Shown here: positions 1 through 13,496 of the stretch, in pieces | How positions within the stretch are numbered: position 1 is the stretch's first letter | Layout: the number at the start of each line of letters is the position of its first letter | NCBI RefSeq assembly: GCF_006345805.1 | Contig: NC_042997.1 | Coordinates: 87,792,001 to 87,856,000 of the forward strand | Source of the DNA: Octopus sinensis | Taxonomy: Eukaryota | DNA length: 64,000 bases | Reading direction: 5' to 3' | The notes under the pieces: generated by a model | Told to the model about the DNA's origin: nothing | Databases searched by the model: none | What the model saw: the letters and a program-made list of their open reading frames with translations, nothing else | Translations under genes and position numbers: made by a program

Positions 1-1409
1 ATTTTTTTTCAGAAGAGAACCACTTTGTTTACTGTCATAATATTCCTGGCCATCTCCAGGAATTAGGAATCCCATTGTACAGTTCAACTGACTGGCAACT
101 ACTTCTAGAGAGTTCTAAGCATAGCCTCAAGCATGTTCTCCCACACAATGGCAATGTTTATGGAGCTGTCATAGTTGGTCACTCAGTGCATTTGCAAGAA
201 GAATACAATGACATAAAAATGGCTTTTGACTGACTAAAATATCATGAGCACAATTGGACCATTTGTGCAGCTCTGAAAAGGGTTAATTTCCTCCTCAGCC
301 AACAGAAAGATTTCACAAAGTATCCTTGTTATCTTTGCATGTGGGACAGCTGAGCTCAAGAAAAACACTGGATTCAGAAGTGGCCCATTCAAGAGATTCT
401 GGAAGCAGACATCCCAAATATTGTGAATGCTTCAATTATCAGCCAAGAAAAGATTATTTTCCCACCACTCCATATAAAGTTGGGCTTGATGAAGCAATTC
501 ACTAAGGCATTGAATACTGATGGTGAATGTTGTCAACATATAGTGTCTACATTTCCTGGTTTGTCATTCAAGAAGATCAAAGCAGGTGTGTTTAACAGAC
601 CTCATGTTCTTGCCTTTGTATGTAATGAGGAATTTGTCGTAAAGATGATTGACAAAGAAAGAGCAGCATGGCTGTCATTTGTAAAAGTCATGAAAATTTT
701 CTTGGAAACAGAAAGGTAGACGACTATGAAATTCTTGAAAATAAAATGCTGCCAGCTTTCCATGATATTGGATGTAACATGAGCATTAAACTCCATTTCC
801 TGCATAATTACCTCAATTAGTTTCCTGAAAACCTTTGAGATATAAGTGATGAACAAAGAGAACACTTCCACCAATACCTCAGGACCACGGAAGAGCATTA
901 TCAAGGGTGAGAGGACATAAACGAGATTTCCTTATAAAATGTCTACAAACACAAGAGCTCCAGGCACAAATTCTTGCCTGAATAAGATCTATTTGTGTTT
1001 TCTCTTCCATCCTAATCAGTTTTTCAACTATGTACATCTTTCATTTGTGGATAATATATATTTTCAACAGAAAAGCTGATGGCAAGAAAAATTGGCACAT
1101 GATAACATTTATTTTACTCAGCATTTGAATAAGAAATATTATTTTTATAGCCTAATTCTTATTGTGGTGTACTAACTCATATATATGAATTAAGTTAGAA
1201 TCTCAATGCTCAGATATTTGTTCTTTTCCACCTAGTATGAAGATAGTATAACTAGAAAATTATCAGATGGGTTACATCATGTCTCGAGAAATATTGGATA
1301 TTTGGAAAATATAAAAAAATCTAGGGCTTACTGAAAAAAACTAACTTCATGTTTGAATTCAGCATACACAAATTACGTAATACTAGTTGTTGGTATCAAT
1401 GGAACAGTG
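1..1409 (+). mobile_element. Decayed Chapaev3-like (CMC superfamily) DNA transposon, 3' part with right TIR; left part lies outside the window
   Basis: Frame 3 from position 3 reads ...KYPCYLCMWDS*...PPLHIKLGLMKQFTKAL...GVFNRPH...AAWLSF; after a frameshift near 715 it reads GCNMSIKLHFLH...DEQREHFHQ. There are several stops. The element ends ...AATGGAACAGTG at 1409 (CACTG-type terminus). The family name is from memory of the HIKLGLMKQFVKAL motif. Confidence 0.75.
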
Positions 1410-1890
1410 CACACACACACACACACGTGTGTGTGTAAAGAGAGAAACAGAGGCAAATATATGGATATTACCTTGTGGTTTAAGAAATTTGGTCAAAAGT
1501 TACATGGTCTAAGTTCAATCCCACTGAATGACCTCATGGACAAGTGTCTCTTATTATTGTTGCAGTCTGACCAATACACTATGAGTAAATTGGTAGATGG
1601 AAACTACATGGAAATTTTGTGTGTGTGTGTGTATGTGCATTCACATACATAGATAGATAGTTAGATAGAAAATAAAGAGATGACACCAGAAAAATCAAAT
1701 GTTACATAATGAACTTCATTTGTTTAGATCTGCTATAAGATGTGGGTGACTCTTAGTTGACTACCAGGATAACATCCTATAGGTTCATCAGAGCTTTGAA
1801 TATGAAGTGTACTTTATTTCAGAACATACAGGCATTATGAGTGAGAAACACCAGGTTATTAGTCTCACTATGCCCAAGCAAAATATTAAT

Positions 1891-1900
1891 GTGTGTGTGT

Positions 1901-1956
<56 letters not shown>

Positions 1957-1965
1957 GTGTGTGTG
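1891..1965. repeat. (GT)n microsatellite, representative of dozens of (CA/GT), (TA) and (GA) tracts
   Basis: Directly visible; it explains the HT/CV-repeat ORFs in the track. Confidence 0.98.
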
Positions 1966-2959
1966 AGGGGGTGGAGCATAGTGGTTGAGAAGTTAGCTTC
2001 TCAACCAAAGCCTTGTGAGCAGATTTGGTAAAAGGAAACAGAATGATGTTTGTATATATATACATATATTGATCTTTGTGTATGTGCATCCACATGCGTG
2101 TTTGTATGTATGTTTAAGACTTCAGGCACTTGTAATAAAAGTGTAACATAAGATGTTATCAGCTTCTTTGAACAAATCTTTTAGGCACTTCATGCATTTG
2201 AAGCTGTAAGGTCTAAGTCATCTCTTACTTGGAAAACAGATAATGATAAACATCAAGAAATGAATCTAGATGCAAAACAATGCCTCAACTAACATATTCA
2301 TCAAACCCATGCAAGCATGAAAAAATGATGAATATAATTCAACGAAAATGTTTGGAAAATCAAAAGTATTTAGATCTGTGCAGATCTTGTCTTTAAAGTA
2401 AACCAGTAAAAGTAACAGCTACATTTTTATCTTATTAGATCTTCTCAGTGAAGTATATTCAGCTCAGCTAGCAAAGATTTAGAAGTGATCAAGTATATAT
2501 AGAAAAAGAGGCAATGTAATGATGCTGATTGTCTAGAGTAACCGTTAAAAACTGAATGTTTGGCAGAAAGATGTGGGCAGGGAAGTAGTTCAAGAGGTCT
2601 GTGAAGTGTGCATCTCATTAATTATTTATCTATGATGAGAGAGTGAAATGTCTGCAGGATACACTTGATAGAATGTACAGCAAACTAAATAGTAGAATAA
2701 ATAAGAAGGAGCTACTTGAGTCCAAAATAGCTTCTGGTTCTGGCCAAAAAAAACCCAAAAAAACTCCAGTTTATTGGACTGAATTGAATCAAGTAAGTTT
2801 GTTTCAGAAGAATATTCTAGTGATATTTTTAGAGTAGAGTAGAGGTGAATTTATCGCAGAGTTAATTCTCTCAGAATTTTTGTTTCACTTCACTTTGAAC
2901 AACTAAATTACATTTCAATGAGGACAGAGATCAACTAGAAAGGGAGATTTCTCAAAGTC

Positions 2960-3358
2960 TTTCCTTTTATCATTTACTTGTTTCAGCCATTAGTCTGTTG
3001 GCATGCTGGGGCTCTGGCTTGAAGAATTTAGTCAAATAGATTGACACACCAGCACTAAAAGTATCTCTTGCTGAACCACTAAGTTACAGTGTTGTAAACA
3101 AACCAACATCAGTTGTCAAGCAATAGTGGGAGAGACAAATACAACACAAGACATGCCCATACACACATGTATGTGTGTGTGTATGCGACAGGCTTCTTTC
3201 AAATTTTTAATTTCTGCCAACCAAATCCACTCAAAAGGCTTTGGTTGGTCCAGAGCCATAACAGAAAAGACTTACTCAAAGTACTAGACTGTGGGACTGA
3301 ACCCAAGACTGCATAATTCGGAAGAGAGCTTCTCACCCACACAATTGTGCAAGCACCT
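2960..3358 (-). mobile_element. tRNA-headed SINE, family A
   Basis: Reverse complement of the motif set GGTAAGAAGCTTGCTTCCCAACCAC...CAAAGCCTTGTGAGTGGATTTGG...GACTGAAACAAGTAAA seen in the copy at 40438. Confidence 0.8.
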
Positions 3359-4938
3359 AATTATGCACCTATTTCTAGCAGGTATATAAATTTTCACTAT
3401 CAAGTCACATGGCCAAAATTACATCTCACCACTTCTATCAAGTCATATTAGTGAGCAAGACAATGAGGGAACCACTGTGTAGCTATTTGACCAGCTAGAA
3501 ATAGCTGATAAACCTCTCTTAGATTACCCTGACATTTTAGGAAAGAACATGATTAACATTGTGAACCTAGGTTCTCTACATACAAGGAAAAATGAGATGA
3601 TCATGGCTGGGCTGTCTTTGATCCCAGGTCTAACCTGTGGCTAAACAGGTGCAACACAATAAAAAACCAACACTAGGTTTGACACATCACTGATACCGTG
3701 TCACACCATCACCACCACCATCACCACCACTGGCTGATTTCAAAGAACAATTGGAACAGTCCATAACCTACTTTGCCAGACATTTTAAGCATCTTGGTGA
3801 CTATGATGGACCAACTGTGTTCTCTGCCTTCACATACTTTATTGCTCTATTGTCCACACTGCTCTCAACTTAGATGGCTGGTCTCTGTTGGGTCTACATG
3901 GAGTAGACTCTTTCCTTAATGTGATTTAATATTCAACAGCCTTTCATATTAGAACAGAGTTCATGAGAAAAAACAGAATGCCTTCTGTTCATAGGTCTAC
4001 TTGACTGATGCTGACCTGGGATTAAAAAACTATGACTGCACCCTTTACATTCAACTTCTTCACTCTCATCTCTGTTACCATCCTGTTACTGTTATCTCAG
4101 ACCTGTTATCTCTACAACTACCCCAACCATTCCCTCCTTAGTAATTTATTCTCTACCAGCATCCACATGAACACGTTTTATCATAAATCTGCCAGATCAG
4201 AGAATAACAGAGGATTAAACAACAATAACAACTAAAACTACCACTAATTCACCTTTACCATTATCTCACCAGCCTTAATCTTACTATCAATTACTATCTC
4301 TACCAGCACAACAATATCTAACCTCATCCAATGATCATTACTTTTAATACAATACTAGCACTATTACAGCCTTTACCACAAGAATATTTCCTAATAAGGA
4401 AATCTTACTAGATCTACTTCTCAAAGTGACAGAAAGCATTAAAATGTTTTAGTAGAGCATTAACTGAAAAATAGGATTTAGTATATAAATGCTACTTAAT
4501 TTATCTTGACAACTTTAGTGAATAAAGTATCAATTTAAACCTTGTTGACACTGAACACAAGCTCTACAAAGTGTCTAATTAATAAACTGCTGTCTTGTTA
4601 GTATTATTTAGTTGCAATGCAACTCTACTGTCTATAGAATATATGCTATAATACATTCTCTCTTTCTTTGTTCATTTGTTTTACATTCATTTCACCATGC
4701 TGGCATGGGTTAGATGAATATGCTATTGAGGTATTATCTTACAGCTGGATAACCTTCCTGATGCTTATCCATCCCTTTTTTTTAAAGAGATTCCTTGTTC
4801 CACATAGTTTTGGAGGTATGAAGTGAGCAGACAAGTTATTGGCAGAAGTGTCAACAACAACACTGCTCAAGCATTATAACTTTTGAATATGTGAGTGCAG
4901 ATATAAACAAACACACAAGACACCCATGTGCATGTACA

Positions 4939-4971
<33 letters not shown>

Positions 4972-7900
4972 CACACACACACACACACACACATGCACAC
5001 ACACACACACACACATGCACACACACACAGACACACACACATACGTGGGTGTGTGTGTAGGTGTGGTGAGAGAAAATATAAATGGTAAGTTTTATTTTAA
5101 AAATGACAGAGATAATGCATGTCTTTCCAATACAAACAACCATGGATTCTGTTTTAATTATCACCCATCATCACCCAAACCACCACCACCTCAGTCATCA
5201 TATTATCATTATTCTAATTGCCATCCTCTCAGTTTTCTTTTTTTTTTGTTTTCATCTTCATTGTCATGATCATCTTCATTATCATCATTGCTTTCAACCA
5301 TTTTCATTTGTTTACCCATTCTGACATAGATTATAAAAACAATGAATATATCAAAGCTTGAGCATATAATCATAACTGCATCAGCTCAGCAATCTATTTG
5401 CTAAAATTTCTGGATTCTGCATAAAAATTATAACATGATTCTATTATCAGTAGGTTCTTAGAAACTGAAAGCAAAACAAAGGCATATTTTCTTTATTTGT
5501 TATTATTTCTTGATCTTATGTCATGTACTTGGTTGTAAAATGAGTGCTTGGTTTATGTCATTTTGTCAAAATATTTTGTCATACAGCTCTGTATGCAGAA
5601 ATATAGAATCCATTATCTTGAGTTGAAATAGAAATTGTCATTATTTGCTTTCATTTGTAGCCTGTCTGTTATGCAATTCATGGACAAATGTGAATACTAC
5701 CTAGTTGATAACAATGGTTGCTATAAATGTTGAACTGTAGTATTGCTTAAATCCATGTTTTTCATTGATTGCACACTCTACATCGGTCTCCTCTATGAAC
5801 TCCAGTAACAGAACAGTGAAAAAACTGAAGAGAGATATTTGGTGAATTTCAATAATAGCCAAAAAATTGAGCTATAAAATGTTGCATTAATCAAATAGTG
5901 AACCATTGCTATCTACCATTTGGTAAAGTATCACAATATGTACCAGGATAAAAAAAAAAACCAGACAAATATCAAATATGTTATATACATATATGTATGT
6001 CATACAAAGAATAATTTTATGAGAGGCTGTATAGAATATTGTTTGATTTAATAACAACAAGGAAGATAAACAATTTTTTTCTGCAAGGAATAATGTTCTG
6101 AGCTGAATTATAAAAAAATTTAACAGCAAGCTGTTTGTATCATTGAATTTAAGAAATAATCTGAGTAAAATATTTTTCTTTCTAAATCAATATTAATGAA
6201 CAAATATACCAATGAACATATATAATGCACATCACTTCCAAGTTTACATTTGATAAGACCCAAAACAATATAAAGCTAGAGGCTATTTGTTGACAGATTA
6301 CACCACAAGATCTCACAAAAGTTGGAAGCATATTATGCCTTAATTATTTCAAAGTCTCTGTGAAATGTGAGCCCCCTAAGTTATAGCTTAATTTATTATT
6401 AATCTATGACTTGTGATTAACAAGTTGAATAATCACTAGGAGAAAGAATTAGCTTCAGCAATGTCTATCTTTATAGACATAATGTACAATTTGTTGCATG
6501 CTTATGTGTGTGAATTAAGAAATAATGAAATTACCAAAAGATGAAAGCTGGAAATATGAAATCATATAAAATCAGAGCATAGCCTCCAGTCAGAAAAGAA
6601 TAGACACATAGAGAGAAAGTTAAGGGATGAAAATTCTTTTATTTAAACATGGATCTAAAGACTTTTTTCTTCACTTGCAATAGAAAAAATCTCTCTAAAA
6701 AGTTGAAGACCAAAGTTGAAGCTCACTGAAAAATTGTAGAATTTTCCACGAGACTTTTAAGTGTAAAAATTAAACTTTTCTTTTTGTCTGTCAATGTCCA
6801 TCAAAAACTGACATCAAAGATTATTATTTGGGGAAAATGCCAGTAGGTATTATTACAGAGAGCAGAAATATAACCAAAATTAACTCTAATATTACCAAAA
6901 TGTAGTAATTTTATTTGTCAGTGGTTTTGGTAAACTTGAACATTTCAGGTTTAAATACAAAAAGACTATCTACCCAACTTTTTTAGTTTACATATAAATC
7001 TGGCCCTTGTGAGCATGCATTACAATATTATATATAAAATATACTTGTGGCTTATAAAAGTGTTTTCCCCCCACTTTTGTTCTTAACATTTTTCTAATTA
7101 GAATAATCAAAATTTTGTAGATTGAAACATACTTTTACAAATTGCAATATGCATGTGTTATAAGTTTTCAATAGTGTTTCAAATATTAAATACTGAACCA
7201 AGACAAGTAGAATATGTCTTGTTTGGAAGTTAATGTAAAGTTGGACTTATATAATATATGTATAGCACTTTCCTAATAGTTCTACTGTTATAAAACCTCA
7301 TTTAAATGCAACAAAGTGTTTCCCTAGATAAACAAAAGACAGACTCAGTGCAGCATGTGTAAGACAGGTTACTATTATGATGTTATTTCGTCTCAGATTT
7401 GCCATGATAAAGCTATTCTGTCTAAACTCATTTTCAGTCAAAGTAATATTACTAGAATATTTAGCTTTAGATTGGTCATAAGCATACAGGCTCATTAGGT
7501 GGAACCTATCCGTAAGCAATTGAGAATACAATACTCCCTTTGAATAGGGTACCTATCCAATGCTGGGTTTACTCACCAGCTAGTATTCATTATCTGCTAA
7601 GCAGGTTGGAACAATGTGAAATGAAGTGTTTTGCTTGAGAATAAAATACACCATACGATCATGAGTTCAATACTAAGCCACAAGCATTCGTGTTGGTATA
7701 TTTCCAGACTACATTACCTAATATGCGTGTCTCCTTTTTCTAGATGGTAAGGTATAATTTGAGGGAGAGTTGACTGCTATTTCTAGCAGGTTGGGTGACT
7801 ACTTAGAGTCTGCTTGGCAGGGATCATGATCATTAGAGAATTGTTAGCAGTGTCAGAAGAGTCTGGAGAGGAATAGACTGAGTGGCAACAAACAGAGATA

Positions 7901-8405
7901 AGTAAACTGTGCTGATGGAGCATTATTGAGGACAGCTATAATGATTAATTCCTTACTAACTGCAAGTTCATAGATGTAGAAATTATGATCGCATAAAAAG
8001 TGCAACATAACCACACCATTAGCCGTTAACAACAGTAAGAACAACAACTGTAGTAGCATTAATAATAGCATTATTATGCTATATAATCGATTTAATATTA
8101 TTATACAGATTATAACAATAATTAATATAATTATGTTATAGCAATAATTGTATTAACATTACCTACCCCGAGCTAAAGAAGGGAATCTCTATACAGTTGC
8201 CTGACATGCTAGAAATAGCTGCCAAATCTCTGCTAAATTCACCTTATCCTCTTAAAAAGGACAATGTTCTAAATTTATATAAAAGAAATGCATGATGGCT
8301 AAGGCTGGAATGTTCCTGTTCATAAGTCTACTTGATCTCAGCTGATGTGGAATTAAACAATGACAATAACAATATTATCCACTCATCTCTTCTAGAGATT
8401 CTGTG

Positions 8406-8700
8406 TAGTTGTATGGTAAGAACCTTGCTTCCCAAGCACATGGTTCTGGGTTCAGTCCCACTGCATGGCACCTGGGCAAATGACTTCTACTATAACTTTT
8501 GCCTTGTGAACAGACTTGGTAGAGGGATAACTAAAAAGAAGTCTATATATACGTGTGTGTGTGGTGTGTGTGTGTGTAACTTAGCAGTTTGGCAAAAGTG
8601 ATTGATAGAATAAGTACCAGGCTTAAAATTTAAAAAAACAAGCACTGGCCGCAGTGTAATGACTGAAACAAGTAGAAGATAAATAACAAAAAGAAAAAAA
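8406..8700 (+). mobile_element. SINE family A copy
   Basis: Head GTATGGTAAGAACCTTGCTTCCCAAGCACATGGTTCTGGGTTCAGTCCCACTGC, internal (GT)n, tail GACTGAAACAAGTAGAAGATAAA. Confidence 0.85.
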
Positions 8701-9159
8701 TAAAGAATCAAGAATTATGACAATGATTAACATTTCAAAAAACAAAGCATGAATAATAAGAATAACAACAACAACAACAGCAGTAACACAAAACAAAGAG
8801 CCAACAATGTAAGCTAACAATGGAGCCTATATGTAGTAACTAAAACTGCTAGAAATAAGAGCCAAATACCCCTCAAATTGCACACCACTGTCTTAGAACA
8901 GGACATGTAGGATTATATGATACCAGTTTCACTAACACACGAATACGATGGGATGGCCATGGAGGAATGCTTTATATCATAGTTCTGCTCAATCATGATT
9001 GACATGAGTGTAAACAACTACAGCAGTACATGCCAATGAGAGAGAGAGTGAGAGAGAAAGACTCAAAGATTGTTTCATCCGCTATAAATAGCAGTTGAAT
9101 CCTCCTTGAATTACTATTATTTTATTGGCAACCTACATCAGGTAATAGCTTGAGTTGTC

Positions 9160-9566
9160 GTACAGATCATAACAATGGAGATGTCATCTATACAGGAGAA
9201 ACTTAGAGAATGACTACCAAGATCACTCAGAAGCTAAATGTATTCCATTAATGGCATCTATACAGAATACTCAAGGACAGAATTACCAACTCTGAAGTCC
9301 TGAGAAGATCCAATCTATGCAGCCCACTGGTGGCTTGTGTCTGTAAAGTGAATGAAACAGCCAGAAGAGTGACTATGCAAGATAGCTACACAATGGGTAC
9401 CACCAGAGAGATAAAGAAGCCATAGTACACCTTCATAAAAGATCTGAAGCAGCTTAGCATCACCTGGAAAGATTCAGGTAATGATGCCCAAAAACAGGAT
9501 TAATGGAGACATCTTGCTGTCTGATGTAGTGGTCAACTGTACAGAAAGAACTAAGACTGAGACTAA
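9160..9566 (+). mobile_element. RTE-clade LINE 3' fragment
   Basis: Decayed KITQKLNVFH...RIL...DRITNSEVLRRSNL segment, ending in a GAACTAAGACTGAGACTAA tail. Confidence 0.65.
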
Positions 9567-9749
9567 AGATGAAGTGTCTAGTAGCATATGAAAAGTATAG
9601 ACGTGTGTATGGGCAGTGTATGATGTGTGGTGATGTATGTTGATAGGTAGTAGTGTTAATGTGTGATGTATAAGTTTAAGTGGAAGTGAAAAAACATATG
9701 TAATGATTATCAATGTGTAGTTGTTATTGGCCAAGGATCAAGTAGACAT

Positions 9750-11330
9750 ATAACACATACTTATAGTTGGCTTAATGACCAGGTACAACCTGTAGATCAT
9801 TATTTTTTCCCCTAGTTATAGTGTCTGAGATCCAAATTGCACATTTCTAAACATGCAGTGGTGAAACAAATGGAATGAAGTGTGACAGTTTGAACATTTT
9901 GTGTTCTCCACTGTCCTGTTTATTTCTGTACACTTATGAATTCTGGTGGATACCACTGTAGAGGTGGGAAAAGTAGAATCAGTCAGGATGGGGCAGTTAC
10001 TGTTTTTCTGCACTTATTATTGATATTTTAGGCTTGTAAAGCCATTGCATCTATTTTTGTTTGTATGTGGTATTTTTATATTTGTCCATGTTGTCGTAGC
10101 ATTAGTGATCTAAAATGTTGCATATGTGACTGGATGTCTGGAGATGATTTTTCATGTAATAGCAGAAACTGTGAGGGACAAAGATTGCTGTACTTTTGCA
10201 TATCTAAATGATGTTTCATTTTCAATATTTATGTTTCATTGTATAGGTGGTCTGTAGGTGTAGTCAGTGTACAACTACTGATCATGTACAATGTATTAAA
10301 GGCAGAATTGTTAGCATGACAAAATGCTTAGGAGCATTTTCCAACACATCATGTTCTTAGTTTATATCTTGCTGAGGTTGACTTTGCCATTCACCCTTTC
10401 AGGGTCGATAAAATAGGTACTAATTAAACATTGGGGATTCATATAATTGACTAGCCTCCATCCCTAAGAAATTTCAGGCGTTGTACCTATAGTAGAAAGG
10501 ATTATGTGTAAGGTACTGTTTTGTGTGCTTTGTGGTTTATTTTGGTTTGTTGTGGAGATACTGAGATCAAAGGTGAGACTGACATAATCCACGATAGATC
10601 TCATATAGTTTGTACACCATCATTGTTTGTTTCTTTCTTTCTGTATGCAAAATGTGGCTCCTGAGATTGATTTAACTATGTTTGTGCATCAATTTGCTTT
10701 CTTTATTATGTCTTGTAGTTGAGTTATAAATGTGAAAGTATTGTATTTTTGTGTTCTATGTGTGGAATATTTATGTTGTGGTATATTTATGTTTGATTGT
10801 ATTTGATGTTGCTTGTAAGAAAAAATGACAGTGGATTTAGTAGGTGTTACTTAAATTCTGTTCTTGTGGAGCCAGGTTTATAAGTGATTAATGTAGGATT
10901 GCAGTAATACTTATGCAGTCATGTCTGGAGGATAGTGAGGGAATGTGTGTATTGTCACCTGCATATGAAGCTGTGTATATGTTTTAAAGAGATGTGATGG
11001 TTGAAAAGTGTGGGTGACAGTATGTACCTCTGTGGTACTCAATTCAGGCAAGTGCAAGTTCTCAAAGTGTTGTCCTTGCATATTACGTAAGCTTGGCTAG
11101 CAGACAAGTAGTTTGTTAGGCAATATTTTATGTTGTTTCTTAAAGTGGTGTTCAGTATTTTGTGTATAATTAGATACTGAAGAATGAAGTCGAAAGCTCT
11201 GCTGATGTCAGTGATGCATGCGTGGGAGGTTTTGTTTTTTTGTGTGTGTCTGTGAGTGTTATTGAAGCCATTATATATGTTCTGTTTCAGGTTTGTGATG
11301 TGAATAGTGTAATGGTAAAGTGTGGGGTTG
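9750..11330 (-). mobile_element. Decayed LINE reverse transcriptase (I/Jockey-like), interrupted by a SINE at ~10285-10500
   Basis: ORF 11039-11410 contains GFN...DISRAFD...KILNTTLRNNIKYCLTNYLS...QAYV. It continues out of frame as LNGVPQ...ILSPTLFN (RT domains 3-4). The downstream extent is approximate. Confidence 0.7.
10285..10500 (+). mobile_element. SINE family B copy
   Basis: GGCAGAATTGTTAGCATG...GTTGACTTTGCCATTCACCCTTTCAGGGTCGATAAAATAGGTAC...TAGTAGAAAGG, matching the copy at 13717. Confidence 0.8.
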
Positions 11331-11364
11331 AAGAGTACAAGGGAGAGTGAAAGAGAGAATATGT

Positions 11365-11405
<41 letters not shown>

Positions 11406-12043
11406 TGCAAGGGAAAGAGAAATAGAGAAAGTTAGTAAAACAGTAAGCAACAAAAGAAATCAATTAGAAAGAAGAGAAAATAAAAGATAGAGAAATACAG
11501 GCATGAATTGACAGACAGATAGGTAGACAGACAGATTGACAGACTGACAGACAGATAAACAGATAGATAGAGAGATAAACAGATTGACTGATTGATAGCT
11601 AGATAAATGAAGTGATGCAAAATTGGATAGATTGACAGATAACTTGAAAAATGGACAGAATAAAAAAATCTAAGACAGAGTTGAATGAAATGATGGAATC
11701 AGTTAGTTTAATGCTAAAATAATTTAAATCAGGCACCACTTTCTGTTGTGTAGTATCAGTACGTGAGGAAATAGTGATGCTCAAGCAAAACTAGCTTTAG
11801 ATCTACAAAGATCTGAGACAAATACTATGATGGAGATCACACTTTAGGTGGAAAGTTAATCTTATTAGTGGACAGAAAAGGGTCAAAATTTCTGTAAGTA
11901 GGGAAACACATCAGTGAAATATGGGGTCAGAAATCCTTATCTTTGCAAGTTTGTAATATTCATTTTCCATAATTTCCATAAATGAATAATGATTGTGTAA
12001 CTTTTGGGAAAATATATAAGTGTGTGTATATATATATATATAT

Positions 12044-12561
12044 ATCATCATCATCATCATTTAGCGTCCATTTTCCATGCTAGCATGGGTTGGACGGTTT
12101 AACTGGGGTCTGTGAAGCCGGAAGGCTTCATCAGGCCCAGTCAGATTTGGCAGTGTTTCTACGGCTGGATGCCCTTCCTAATGCCAACCACTCCGTGAGT
12201 GTAGTGGGTGCTTTTTACGTGCCACCTGCACAGTTGCCAGACAGAGCTGGCAAACCGCCACGAACGGATGATGTTTTTTACGTGCCACCGGCACGGGGGC
12301 CAGGTGAAGCTGGCAACGGACACGAATGGATGGTGCTTTTACGTGCTACCGGCACGGGGTCCAGGTGAGGCTGGTAACGGACACGAGTGGATGGTGCTTT
12401 TACGTGCCAACGGCGTGGGGGCCAGGCGAGGCTGGCAACGGACACGAATGGATGGTGCTTTTACGTGCTACCGGCACGGGGGCCAGGCAAGGCTGGTAAC
12501 GGACACGAGCGGATGGTGCTTTTACGTGCCATCCGCTCGTGTCCGTTGCCAGCCTCGCCTG
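12044..12561 (-). mobile_element. Retroposon 3' UTR/tail, family C (probably RTE-associated), with an internal 61 bp tandem array and a terminal inversion
   Basis: (CAT)n tail followed by TTTCCATGCTAGCATGGGTTGGACGG...GGATGCCCTTCCTAATGCCAACCACTCCG, then five ~61 bp units. The same tail occurs at 25085, 32345, 39830, 50090, 54525 and 60725. Confidence 0.85.
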
Positions 12562-12593
<32 letters not shown>

Positions 12594-12691
12594 TGTATGT
12601 ATGAGTGTGTGTGTGTATGTGAATGTTTGAATATATATGCATACACATGTATGTCTATATATATGTATATATACATCTATATACATATGTA

Positions 12692-12722
<31 letters not shown>

Positions 12723-12740
12723 GTGTGTATGTGTGTGTGT

Positions 12741-12778
<38 letters not shown>

Positions 12779-12936
12779 AGACTACTTCTTAACTAGGTCC
12801 AGTCTTACTGCATAGCATCTTAGCACTTTGATTAAGTGCCTTCTACAATGGCTTAAGACTAACCAAAGCCGTGAGTTTTTGGTAGACAGAAACTGAATGA
12901 AACCTATTGTGTACATACACACACACACACACACAT

Positions 12937-13172
12937 AATAGAGAACTGAAAAGTTCCTGTCCTTAAGGGTATTGCAAAAGGCTTGCTTGGCTTTAAGGGT
13001 ATCACAAAAAGCTTGCTTGGATGCCCAAACTTCTGAGTTCTTTTATAGGACTTAGAATAATTGAAGGATCACTACAATAAGCATATGAATCTGAGAGGAG
13101 AATATGTTGCATAAAGTCATAATTAACTGATGCTCCTGTATTTTCTTTTATCCAACTTTTCAACACCCCTTG
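12937..13172 (+). mobile_element. Short internally deleted mariner derivative
   Basis: Left end GAGAACTGAAAAGTTCCTG, right end CCAACTTTTCAACACCCCTTGTA, and a mariner C-terminal remnant (LRGEYVA*). Confidence 0.6.
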
Positions 13173-13254
13173 TATATATGAGTGAGTGGAAAAATGCCAG
13201 AAAAAGGCAATCAACACATTTTGTAGGAGTTACATGTATTATTCTTTAAAACAG

Positions 13255-13384
13255 TTTGATTCGGCTCCATGAGACTTAGATGAGACTTAGAAACCTCTCT
13301 CATTCAGGCTTAGATTTAAGCCTGAATGAGATGGATTTCTGTAAGATGCCTGAGAATCTTAAACTCACATGGAACTGAATCAAA
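13255..13384. repeat. Palindromic MITE-like element with a perfect central 15 bp inverted repeat
   Basis: TCTCATTCAGGCTTA-gatt-TAAGCCTGAATGAGA at 13298-13331, with imperfect outer arms TTTGATTCGGCTCCATG / CATGGAACTGAATCAAA. Confidence 0.75.
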
Positions 13385-13496
13385 GTATTTCTAATAATAA
13401 TATACAAGTGTCAGCTGAAAGGTTTATAGGCTGACCAAGATACTCTTATGGAATGTGACTAAATGAAGCTTATTTTTCAATATAGTCTCCCTTGTA

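Noticed and set aside
1740-1800. Minus-strand CTGATGA followed by a good hairpin (ACC...AGGAT-GTT-ATCCT-GGT)
   Set aside because: No GAAA after helix II and helix I does not close, so it is at best half a hammerhead.
4851-5269. His/Thr- and Cys/Val-repeat ORFs here and at many other sites
   Set aside because: These are translations of (CA)n/(TG)n microsatellites, not metal-binding proteins.
5661-5841. Exon-like segment between a strong AG acceptor and a GTGAAT donor
   Set aside because: All three frames contain stops and I recognise no homology.
7298-7531. 77 aa minus-strand ORF with ordinary composition
   Set aside because: No recognisable domain and no supported neighbouring exons; this length is expected by chance.
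11175-11200. CTGAAGA...GAAA spacing
   Set aside because: It is the antisense of RT coding sequence, and helices I and II do not pair.
12211-12530. Regular 61 bp repeats (and the 33 bp repeats at 49574-49670) as a CRISPR-like array
   Set aside because: There are no unique spacers and no cas genes, the context is eukaryotic, and the repeats lie within a retroposon UTR.
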